NCBI GenBank assembly: GCA_018882795.1
Contig: VERJ01000002.1
Location: 12,049-76,048, forward strand
DNA: 64,000 bases
Direction: 5' to 3'
From: Burkholderiaceae bacterium
GTDB taxonomy: Bacteria; Pseudomonadota; Gammaproteobacteria; Burkholderiales; Burkholderiaceae_A
In this document: positions 37,077-44,973 of the stretch, one piece after another
How the letters are laid out: every line of letters starts with the position of its first letter
Position numbering within the stretch: the stretch's first letter is position 1
Translations under genes and position numbers: made by a program
The notes under the pieces: model-generated
Database searches by the model: none
Told to the model about the DNA's origin: nothing
What the model saw: only the letters and a program-made list of their open reading frames with translations

Positions 37077-37511
37077 ATGGCAGAGCTCAATCTAACAGAA
37101 GCATTTCTTAATCCCTGGTTGCGTGACTTCCCAAAGCTGTTCATGCCGCCGATCATGTCTCCACTATCGGGGGCTATGGCCGCCGCTGACAGCATCAAGG
37201 TGGATATTCGGGAGCAGCCCGAGATGTATCTGCTCGAGGCTGAGATGTCTGGCGTAAAAAAAGACACACTCAAGGTATCTGTGGATGGCTCCCGGATCAC
37301 GATTGAGGGCGATATCCGCAATGGTGCGGCTCTGCCTAAGGAAGAGCGTCTGATTTGCGGTGAACGCCATGTGGGGCATGTGCAGCGCATGCTTGATCTG
37401 GATGTGGCACTGGATGCTTCCCGATCCACCGCCCATTACGAGGATGGATTACTGACTGTGCTGCTCTATAAGCAGTCTGCTTCGGGGGCCACAACGATCT
37501 CAGTGAATTAG
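37077..37511 (+). CDS. Hsp20/alpha-crystallin family small heat-shock protein
   Basis: The alpha-crystallin domain reads IKVDIREQPEMYLLEAEMSGVKKDTLKVSVDGSRITIEG...ERHVGHVQRMLDLDVALDASRSTAHYEDGLLTVLLYK. ATG 37077 has GGAGG 5 nt upstream; ATG 37065 is an alternative start. Confidence 0.85.
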   Translation: MAELNLTEAFLNPWLRDFPKLFMPPIMSPLSGAMAAADSIKVDIREQPEMYLLEAEMSGVKKDTLKVSVDGSRITIEGDIRNGAALPKEERLICGERHVGHVQRMLDLDVALDASRSTAHYEDGLLTVLLYKQSASGATTISVN

Positions 37512-37549
37512 GATTTCGGCCATCCCGATACACGGGTCAATGCATGAGC

Positions 37550-37585
37550 CAAAGGCCGCTGAAATTCCAGCGGCCTTTGTTTTCT
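37550..37585 (+). terminator. rho-independent terminator after hsp20
   Basis: It has a perfect 12-bp stem, CAAAGGCCGCTG-aaattc-CAGCGGCCTTTG, followed by TTTTCT. Confidence 0.8.
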
Positions 37586-37615
37586 AATTTCCTGGGATTC
37601 TTAGTCTAACGAGCG

Positions 37616-38119
37616 TTATTCTGGTGCAAATGCGGAGGGGCGAAATCCCGATTTCATCAACTCCAGCATTGCGCGTTTCTGTGCGCCGTCCAGGGCCATC
37701 AGCAATTGCAGCAGCTCAGCATCCTGAGGGCTTGCGCCATTGCTGAGCACTTCTCTGTGATGTTGCAACTCCGTTCTATCAGGCTCCTCCGTGGAGGCAT
37801 GCTGCACTGGTCTTGGATTCGCAGTAACTGGCGAACCAATCGGTGGGCGACTGCCAAAAGGCTGTGCCCTGGGCTTGAGTGCTTCATTGAAATCAAGGTT
37901 GAGCCAATTCACCAGAACCCTTAGGCGTTCCTCCTCGGGCAGAGATACGCCCCGAAGCCATCGTCGGGCGCTTTCTTGCGAGATCGGAGAGGTGTCATAG
38001 GCGCGCAAATTGAACTCGCGGGCCACGACTGCGGCAGAAGGGATTCGACCAAAGCGGCTCCTGAGTGAATCACGGAGAAGCGCTGAGAAATTTTCTTTGA
38101 TGTCATTTGATTTAGCCAT
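37616..38119 (-). CDS. HTH transcriptional regulator, paralogue 2 (XRE-like)
   Basis: ORF 37616..38158 is trimmed to ATG 38119 (MAKSNDIKENFSALLRDSLRSRFGRIPSAAVVAREFNLRAYDTSPISQESARRWLRGVSLPE). It is divergent from the adhesin operon. Confidence 0.65.
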   Translation of the reverse strand: MAKSNDIKENFSALLRDSLRSRFGRIPSAAVVAREFNLRAYDTSPISQESARRWLRGVSLPEEERLRVLVNWLNLDFNEALKPRAQPFGSRPPIGSPVTANPRPVQHASTEEPDRTELQHHREVLSNGASPQDAELLQLLMALDGAQKRAMLELMKSGFRPSAFAPE

Positions 38120-38194
38120 GGATGAAACGATAGGCAAGGGCAGGTACCCCCACTGCAACTCTGGGTTGTAACTTTGGGCTAATTTCCACTAAAC

Positions 38195-38213
38195 CTCCAC
38201 ATTGAATGTGGAA
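38195..38213. promoter_or_regulatory. palindromic operator candidate IR2 (CTCCACATTGAATGTGGAA)
   Basis: TCCACAT-tga-ATGTGGA is a perfect 7-3-7 palindrome. It lies 76 nt upstream of the HTH-2 start and 184 nt upstream of the adhesin start. Confidence 0.45.
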
Positions 38214-38396
38214 TGGCAGGTTCCTCGCCTAACTCATTGATTCTTAGTGGACATAAATTGAAGTCCGCCTGCACTGGGGTTTTTATCCGCTTCCAAACCC
38301 GGTGAGTACGCCGATCCCGCCCAGGTTTTCAGACTCCTTCCATCGCCACTCACCTGTGGGTGGCGAGCACTGTCCCAACAACTTTAGGAGGCTGTA

Positions 38397-41300
38397 ATGG
38401 CTGAACAAAACATTTACCTTTATGCGACTCAATCTCCACCAGCGAGTGTCGACACCGGCGAGGGTGATTTTCCTTATGCACCAGGCGTTGCGCTCTCGGA
38501 TGGCACCATTTTCTATACCTGGCGCGACGATCCGTTAAAGACCGACAGTTCAGGAACTGGAATCTTTGATCCCTTCCTGACCATTCAGAAGTCGGGGTCT
38601 GAGACGGGCAGCAATCTCTACAACGGCAGTACTTATGCGACTGGCAATGCAATCAGTTCCAGTGATAACCGGACCAGTCTGCTGGAGATCAGCAAGATTC
38701 CCGTGGTGGGCATTGGCGGTATGGAGTATCTGGAGATTCGGCTTGATCTCAATGAAGTGAGCGGTGGGGGTGGCCCGAAAGCCGAGGTCCGCATGACCGA
38801 TCTCAAGATTTATGGATCGAATAACCCCGGCCTCTCATCCTTCAGTGGCCTGACGCCCCTTTATTCGATTGATCAGGCTGATTTGGACACCACGGTCCAT
38901 ATGTGGGACGACTACAACGGTAGCGGCCGCTCTGATGTGGTGATGCTGATCCCGAAGACCTTTTTCGTATCCAATCCGCAATACCTGTACTTCCAGAGCA
39001 CTTTTCAGGGCACCGATGGCGGGTTTGAAGAGTTTTCGACCCAGATTCTTCAGGCGCCGCTGGATCCTTCGATCACCATCGAAAAAACCGCTGATGTGCT
39101 GAATGCGGATCGCTCTGACGATACCGACGATATTATCGACACCGCTGGTGACATCGTGAGCTTCACCGTATTGGCGACCAATGTGGGCGATGTGGCGCTG
39201 ACCAATCCGACCATCACCGATCCCCTGATTGCGGAGAGTCTGGACATCAACGATGACGGCTTAGTCAACGCCGAGGATATCGTTGGTGGCGATGACAACG
39301 CCAATGGCTTAATGGACGTTGGTGAAACCTGGGTCTGGCAGGGTGAGTACACGGTCACCCAGGACGATATGAATTTGCGCGGCAATTACGACGGTCCGGA
39401 TGAAGATTCCATCAATGACAATGTGATCCGCAATGAAGTAGCGATTCTGACGGATGAGGGCGCCTCTGCGGATAACTTTGCAGATGCTGATCTGGACTAT
39501 AGGCCGCTGCATAGTCTGCAGAAAACCTTCGATGTCTTGAATGCTGATCGCTCGGATGACACCGATGACATCATCGATGAGGCGGGCGACATCGTTCAAT
39601 ACTCATTGAGTGTTAAAAATGACGGCAACATTACCCTGCGGGATGTTGTGATTGACGATCCCCTGATTGCCGATTCTCTGGATACCAATGATGATGGGGT
39701 CGTGGATGTATTGGATTCCACCGGTGGGGATGATGGCAATGGTCTGCTGGATGTGGGCGAGACCTGGACATTTGCCGGCGAATATTCGGTAACCCAGGCC
39801 GACATGGATGCCCGGGGTAACTATGATGAATTAGCGGATGGCACCAACGACAACGTGATTCGCAATGCCGCCAATGCTATCGCCAGCACACTGGATCAGA
39901 CGCTGGATGCTACAGCACGGGCATACACTGACTTGGATTATCGGCCGATTATCACGGTTGAGAAGGTCGATGATGTAATCAATTCAGATCGAACCGATGA
40001 CACAGATGACATTGTGGATGAGGCGGGGGATATCATCAGCTACAGCGTCGAGGTCAAAAATCTAGGCAATATCACCCTCAGTAATGTGGTGGTGACCGAC
40101 CCCCTGATCGCCGACTCCCTGGATATTAATGATGATGGCGTCGTGGATGTGCTGGATGCTACCGGCGGTGATGACAACGCCAATGGTCAGCTTGATGTAG
40201 GCGAGACTTGGACATTCGCCGGCGAGTACACCGTGACGCAGGCGGATATGGATGCCCGCGGCAACTATGATGAGCTGGAGGATGGCACTAACGACAACGT
40301 CATCCGCAACGCAGTCAGCGTTTCTGCGAAAACTCAGGATCAGACCCTGGATGCGACCAATCGCACCTACACGGAACTTGATTATCGGCCTCTGATCAGC
40401 ATCGAAAAAACTCCTGATGTGCTGAATGCAGATCGTACCGACGATCCGGACGATGAGATTGATTCTGCAGGCGACATTATTACTTACGCTATCGCGGTTA
40501 AAAATGAGGGCAACATTACGCTAACGGATGTGGTCCTGACCGATGCATTGATCGCAGACTCCCTTGATACCAACGATGATGGGGTTATCAATGTGTTGGA
40601 TGCTGCCGGAGGTGATAGCAATACCAACGGTCTGCTGGATGTGGGCGAGACCTGGACGTTTGCTGGTGAATATGCGGTGACCCAGGCCGATATTGATAAT
40701 CACGGCAACCATGACAGCATTGATCCGGACACGATCAATGATAATGTCATGCGCAACGTGGCTGCGGTCACGTCCAAGGCGGGTGATCAAAACATCTCTG
40801 ATGACACGATCGCTGATTCCCGGGTGATTTATAGCCCTGAGTTGGTTGTGACCAAGACTGCCAATGTCAGCCAGGTTGATGAGGCTGGTGATGAGATTGT
40901 CTACACCGTGACGGTGGAAAACCGTGGCAATGTGACGCTGACCAATGTGGTGGTGGCCGATCCGCTCTCGGGTCTGGATGAAACCATTGCCTCACTGGCC
41001 CCGGGTGGATCTCAGTCTTTTGATGTGAGCTACTACGCCACCCAGGAGGAGTTTGACACCAACGGTGGTGGGGATGGTGACATCGACAACACCGCTACTG
41101 CGGATAGCAACGAGACCGATGCGGTCACGGCCAGCTACGAAGTCGAACTGCTACGCAGCCCAGAGCTGTGGATTGGCAAGACCGCCAATGTCAGCCAGGT
41201 TGATGAGGCTGGTGATGAGATTGTCTACACCGTGACGGTGGAAAACCGTGGCAATGTGACGCTCACCAATGTGGTGGTGACCGACCCGCTCTCGGGCCTG

Positions 41301-42293
41301 GATCAGACCATTGCCTCACTGGCCCCGGGTGGATCTCAGTCTTTTGATGTGAGCTACTACGCCACCCAGGAGGAGTTTGACACCAACGGTGGTGGCGATG
41401 GTGACATCGACAACACCGCCACCGCTGACAGCGATCAGACCGGTCAAGTCCAAGATAGCCATGAGGTAGGCATTGTCTACGATCCTGCGATGAGTGTTTT
41501 GAAGATGGCCAATGTGGACACCGTCGACGAAGTTGGCGACATGATCCACTACACCATTGAGGTCTCCAACACCGGCAATATCACCCTGACCAACGTAACG
41601 CTGCAAGATACGCTGATCGAAGATTCGCTGGATAACGACATGAATGATGATGGCGTGATCGATGGCGATGACGGTGATGGCCTGCTGGAAGTCGGCGAGA
41701 CCTGGACCTGGCAGGGCGACTACACCGTGACTCAGGCGGATATGGATGCGGCCATGGCAAGCATGGGTGATTACTACATCCGTAACACCGCTACTGGGGA
41801 CAGTGACGAGACCGACCCGGAGACCTCCTCCGAGGAAGTCAGTCTGGTGAAGGTTGCCTTCGAAGGACTCTCTCCCGGCTATTGGAAGAACCACCCCGAG
41901 GACTGGGATGGGCTCTCTTCAGCAGCCAGCTTTGAGACCTTCTTTTTTGGCGGGCCTAAACCAGGTCTTAACTGGAAGGTGAAGACCACGGCCAATGGCA
42001 AGGACAAGTTCGCTGCTTCCCAGGACATCACGATGGAGCAGGCGTTGGCCTTGACAGGAGGTGGCGAGGCTGCCCTTGCAAGGCAGGCGGTTGCCGCGGT
42101 GCTTAACTCCCGGGATGAGGACGTGACTTATCGTTTTACCGAGTCTCAGATCAAGGAGTGGGTGTCCGAAGCGCTCTCTGGTCAGCCCGTTGATCTGGAA
42201 AACGATGGGGTGATCGAGTTTGCTGCTGGAACAGCAGCCATCGAGGGAGTCAAGAACCTTCTGGACTTCAACAACAACCTCGAGCTGATCTGA
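38397..42293 (+). CDS. large repetitive secreted protein (7 DUF11/DUF7507-like Ig-fold repeats), putative T1SS-exported adhesin
   Basis: 1298 aa with a strong SD (TAGGAGG) and no signal peptide. An N-terminal domain of about 220 aa is followed by four modules of about 147 aa, two 108-aa modules and one further module of the type xKTADV..AGDxIxYTxxVxNxGNxTLTNV. The unique C-terminal domain of about 150 aa ends ...NNNLELI. The stop lies 1 nt before the T1SS ABC gene. Confidence 0.85.
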   Translation: MAEQNIYLYATQSPPASVDTGEGDFPYAPGVALSDGTIFYTWRDDPLKTDSSGTGIFDPFLTIQKSGSETGSNLYNGSTYATGNAISSSDNRTSLLEISKIPVVGIGGMEYLEIRLDLNEVSGGGGPKAEVRMTDLKIYGSNNPGLSSFSGLTPLYSIDQADLDTTVHMWDDYNGSGRSDVVMLIPKTFFVSNPQYLYFQSTFQGTDGGFEEFSTQILQAPLDPSITIEKTADVLNADRSDDTDDIIDTAGDIVSFTVLATNVGDVALTNPTITDPLIAESLDINDDGLVNAEDIVGGDDNANGLMDVGETWVWQGEYTVTQDDMNLRGNYDGPDEDSINDNVIRNEVAILTDEGASADNFADADLDYRPLHSLQKTFDVLNADRSDDTDDIIDEAGDIVQYSLSVKNDGNITLRDVVIDDPLIADSLDTNDDGVVDVLDSTGGDDGNGLLDVGETWTFAGEYSVTQADMDARGNYDELADGTNDNVIRNAANAIASTLDQTLDATARAYTDLDYRPIITVEKVDDVINSDRTDDTDDIVDEAGDIISYSVEVKNLGNITLSNVVVTDPLIADSLDINDDGVVDVLDATGGDDNANGQLDVGETWTFAGEYTVTQADMDARGNYDELEDGTNDNVIRNAVSVSAKTQDQTLDATNRTYTELDYRPLISIEKTPDVLNADRTDDPDDEIDSAGDIITYAIAVKNEGNITLTDVVLTDALIADSLDTNDDGVINVLDAAGGDSNTNGLLDVGETWTFAGEYAVTQADIDNHGNHDSIDPDTINDNVMRNVAAVTSKAGDQNISDDTIADSRVIYSPELVVTKTANVSQVDEAGDEIVYTVTVENRGNVTLTNVVVADPLSGLDETIASLAPGGSQSFDVSYYATQEEFDTNGGGDGDIDNTATADSNETDAVTASYEVELLRSPELWIGKTANVSQVDEAGDEIVYTVTVENRGNVTLTNVVVTDPLSGLDQTIASLAPGGSQSFDVSYYATQEEFDTNGGGDGDIDNTATADSDQTGQVQDSHEVGIVYDPAMSVLKMANVDTVDEVGDMIHYTIEVSNTGNITLTNVTLQDTLIEDSLDNDMNDDGVIDGDDGDGLLEVGETWTWQGDYTVTQADMDAAMASMGDYYIRNTATGDSDETDPETSSEEVSLVKVAFEGLSPGYWKNHPEDWDGLSSAASFETFFFGGPKPGLNWKVKTTANGKDKFAASQDITMEQALALTGGGEAALARQAVAAVLNSRDEDVTYRFTESQIKEWVSEALSGQPVDLENDGVIEFAAGTAAIEGVKNLLDFNNNLELI
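39066..40832 (+). repeat. four tandem coding repeats of 438/441/444/444 bp inside the adhesin gene
   Basis: Module starts at 39066, 39504, 39945 and 40389 were located by the recurring P-x-x-x-x-(E/Q)K...NADR(S/T)DD(T/P)DD motif and the GATCG(C/A/T) landmark. Confidence 0.85.
40833..41480 (+). repeat. two near-identical tandem 324-bp coding repeats inside the adhesin gene
   Basis: Copies start at 40833 and 41157 (SPEL...). About the first 250 nt of each copy differ at only a handful of positions; the last 60 nt or so diverge. Confidence 0.9.
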
Positions 42294-42294
42294 A

Positions 42295-44049
42295 ATGCTC
42301 GTCTCTGACCAATTCGCCGCCCCGAAAGGGGCGGCGGTTCCTACTCTCCGGGAACTCCCTTCAGGAGAAGTGTTTGCCGCCCTGTCAAAGCATCGTCAGG
42401 GTCTGATAATGGTGTTCTTGTTTTCCGGCGCCATTAACCTGCTTTACCTCAGTCCGGCGATCTACATGCTGCAGATCTATGATCGCGTGCTGACCAGTCG
42501 TAGTGAGATGACATTGATCGCATTAACCGGCCTGGTCATTGCGCTCTATGTCTTTACGGGCATGCTCGAGGGCGCCCGGGCCTCGGTCATGGCCAAGCTT
42601 GGGGATGCGCTTGAATCCGAGCTCTCTCCGCGGGTCTATGAGGCCATGTTCGCCCGACAGACAAAATCTCCGGAAGGGCAGGGTAATCAGCCGCTCTGGG
42701 ATTTAAATCAGGTGCGGCAGTTTTTTTCGGGAAGTGGGCTCTATGCCCTGCTGGACTTGCCGTGGCTACCAATATTCATTCTCGCCACTTTTCTGCTGCA
42801 TCCCATCTTTGGCTGGTTCTCATTGTTGGGTGCCACGCTCTTGTTTGTCACAACGGCGATATCGGAAAGGATCGCAAGGCAGCCCTTGGCCCAAGCATCA
42901 GAGTGGACGATGGCAGCAAATGGCCTTGCAGCCAGCCAACTCAGAAACACTGAGGTGATTGATGCCTTGGGCATGCTTGTGCCCCTGGCAGGTCGATGGC
43001 GAGCACTCCAAACCAAGGCAAGGGATCTGCAGCACCGCGCCTTTGATCAGATCTCTAAACTGAGCGGCATCACCCGCACGCTGCGGCTTGTACTGCAGTC
43101 TGGCACTTTGGGCATCGGTGCCTATCTGGCGATTCAGGGCGAGATCACGCCCGGTGTAATGATCGCTGCCACGATTCTGTCCACGCGAGCGCTGTCTCCA
43201 TTGGAGTCATTGATTGCCCATTGGAAATCAATGCTCTCGACGCTTGCAAGTCAGCACCGATTGGATCGGCTGTTGAGGGATTTTGTCGCCCCCATCAAGG
43301 GGGTGTCGATCCCACGGCCGACAGGCGTCGTGACTGCGGAAAATATTTTCGTAGCGCCCCCGAGCAATAGATCATTCATTCTGAAAGGAATGACGTTCCG
43401 GCTTGATCCGGGCGAGGTCGTTGGCGTGGTGGGACCTTCCGCTGCAGGCAAGTCCACGTTAGCCCGAACTATCGTAGGCGTCTGGCCCGCCCAGCTCGGG
43501 AAATTACGTCTTGATGGTGCCGATATCCGAAACTGGCCACGCTCTGAGATTGGGCCGGTGATTGGTTATCTGCCTCAGGATATCGAGCTGTTCAGTGGGA
43601 CGGTTGGCGAAAATATCTCCCGCTTCGGCGATCTGGATTCCGAGAAGATTATCGAGGCCGCCAATGCCTGTGGCATTCACGGAATGATCCTTCGATTATC
43701 CAAAGGCTATGACACATTGATTGGCGAGGCTGGCACGATGCTTTCGGGCGGCCAGCGCCAGCTGATCGGCCTTGCACGTGCAATCTACGGCAAACCCTCG
43801 CTAGTTGTGCTTGATGAGCCCAGTTCCAATCTTGACGAGGTGGGGGACCGCTGTCTTGCCCAGACAATCAGTACGTTGCGTTCTTGGGGCAGTACGGTGG
43901 TGGTGATCAGCCACGATCCGAAACTGCTCAAGATCACCGACAAACTGATGATGGTCTTCGATGGACAGATTCGGGAGTTTGGTCCATCGGCAGAGGTCTT
44001 GACATTACTGAAGCGCGCCTCGCGCGTTCAACAGACGGAAAAGGTCTAG
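42295..44049 (+). CDS. type I secretion system permease/ATPase (PrtD/AprD type, no C39 domain)
   Basis: 584 aa with a 6-TM N-terminal domain. It has Walker A GPSAAGKST, signature LSGGQRQ and Walker B LVVLDEPSSNLD. Confidence 0.9.
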   Translation: MLVSDQFAAPKGAAVPTLRELPSGEVFAALSKHRQGLIMVFLFSGAINLLYLSPAIYMLQIYDRVLTSRSEMTLIALTGLVIALYVFTGMLEGARASVMAKLGDALESELSPRVYEAMFARQTKSPEGQGNQPLWDLNQVRQFFSGSGLYALLDLPWLPIFILATFLLHPIFGWFSLLGATLLFVTTAISERIARQPLAQASEWTMAANGLAASQLRNTEVIDALGMLVPLAGRWRALQTKARDLQHRAFDQISKLSGITRTLRLVLQSGTLGIGAYLAIQGEITPGVMIAATILSTRALSPLESLIAHWKSMLSTLASQHRLDRLLRDFVAPIKGVSIPRPTGVVTAENIFVAPPSNRSFILKGMTFRLDPGEVVGVVGPSAAGKSTLARTIVGVWPAQLGKLRLDGADIRNWPRSEIGPVIGYLPQDIELFSGTVGENISRFGDLDSEKIIEAANACGIHGMILRLSKGYDTLIGEAGTMLSGGQRQLIGLARAIYGKPSLVVLDEPSSNLDEVGDRCLAQTISTLRSWGSTVVVISHDPKLLKITDKLMMVFDGQIREFGPSAEVLTLLKRASRVQQTEKV

Positions 44050-44052
44050 CGA

Positions 44053-44973
44053 ATGGATTTGACGATCAAGAAGGGTCTCTGGGTGTTGATGTTCATCTTT
44101 GTTGGATTTGTGGCGTGGGCAGCCCTTGTCCCTTTGGATGCGGGCGTGCCATCCAACGGCATGGTGACAGTGGATGGGCGTCGCAAGGTGGTACAGCATC
44201 CCAGGGGCGGAGTGATCCAGCAGGTCATGATCCGTGAGGGGGATACTGTGACTGCCGGGGATGTGCTCGTTCGGCTGGACAACAGCACAGAGTTAGGGAA
44301 TCGATCTCAGTCTGTGGCCCAGCTGCATGCTGCGCAGTCGCAGTCCGAAGCGCTTGAGGCACAGTTACCCGGTCTGCGTGACCTTGTCGAGGATGGCTTC
44401 TATCCCCGTAATCAGCTCATTGATCTTGAGCGCAAGCTGAAGGAGGCAAAGGCCCAGCAGCGTGGTCTGCGTGATCAGATCGCTGCACTCGATAAGGAGC
44501 TTGAGCGGACGGTGATTCGGGCGCCAATTTCGGGCCGCGTGATGGGGGTAGGCGTCAATACCGAGGGTGCCGTTGTGATTGCTGGTGCGAAATTGATGGA
44601 GGTCGTACCGATCAATGATCAGGTCACAATCGAAGCGCAGGTGCGGCCGCATCTGGTCGACAAGGTGATTCCTGGTGCCAGTGCACAGGTAAGATTCAGC
44701 GCCCTGCAGTCGTCCATTACTCCTGTGATTCTCGGCACGGTGGAGTGGATTTCGCCTGATCGCTTTCAAACCAAGGACGATCCCGCTAATAGTGAGGGCT
44801 ATTACCTGGCCAAGGTAATTGTTGGTCAGGATGAACTAACCAAAGTCAATGGCCTGAGGATCATTCCCGGCATGCCTGCTGATGTGATCATCAAGACCGG
44901 AGAACGTACGCTGTTTCAGTATCTCTTCAAACCGATCTCCGATCGATTCGCCCATGCGCTGAAGGAATACTGA
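44053..44973 (+). CDS. HlyD-family T1SS membrane fusion protein (short form)
   Basis: It has an N-terminal TM (LWVLMFIFVGFVAWAALVPL), a lipoyl-like half (VVQHPRGGVIQQVMIREGDTV), a short coiled-coil, and then VIRAPISGRVMGV and IIPGMPADVIIKTGERTLFQYL. It is only 306 aa. Confidence 0.85.
   Translation: MDLTIKKGLWVLMFIFVGFVAWAALVPLDAGVPSNGMVTVDGRRKVVQHPRGGVIQQVMIREGDTVTAGDVLVRLDNSTELGNRSQSVAQLHAAQSQSEALEAQLPGLRDLVEDGFYPRNQLIDLERKLKEAKAQQRGLRDQIAALDKELERTVIRAPISGRVMGVGVNTEGAVVIAGAKLMEVVPINDQVTIEAQVRPHLVDKVIPGASAQVRFSALQSSITPVILGTVEWISPDRFQTKDDPANSEGYYLAKVIVGQDELTKVNGLRIIPGMPADVIIKTGERTLFQYLFKPISDRFAHALKEY

Noticed and set aside
36175-37429. Minus-strand ORFs 36175..36789 (204 aa) and 36887..37429 (180 aa).
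   Set aside because: They are antisense to the Host_attach and Hsp20 genes, which have clear family signatures. The translations are Arg/Pro/Ser-rich and lack motifs.
41064-41090. GGGDGDIDN (repeated at 41388-41414), which resembles an RTX nonapeptide.
   Set aside because: It does not fit GGxGxDxUx in any register and occurs once per short module rather than in tandem arrays. I therefore do not call the protein an RTX protein.
39066-41480. Regularly spaced direct repeats that could be mistaken for a CRISPR-like or satellite array.
   Set aside because: The units are 324-444 bp, in frame and protein-coding (Ig-like modules). There are no short spacer-repeat structures or cas genes.
41316-41894. 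192-aa minus-strand ORF inside the adhesin gene, and similar antisense ORFs at 39050-39805 and 40521-40790.
   Set aside because: They are open only because the Asp/Thr/Gly/Val-rich repeat codons lack reverse-strand stops. They mirror the repeat periodicity of the sense gene.
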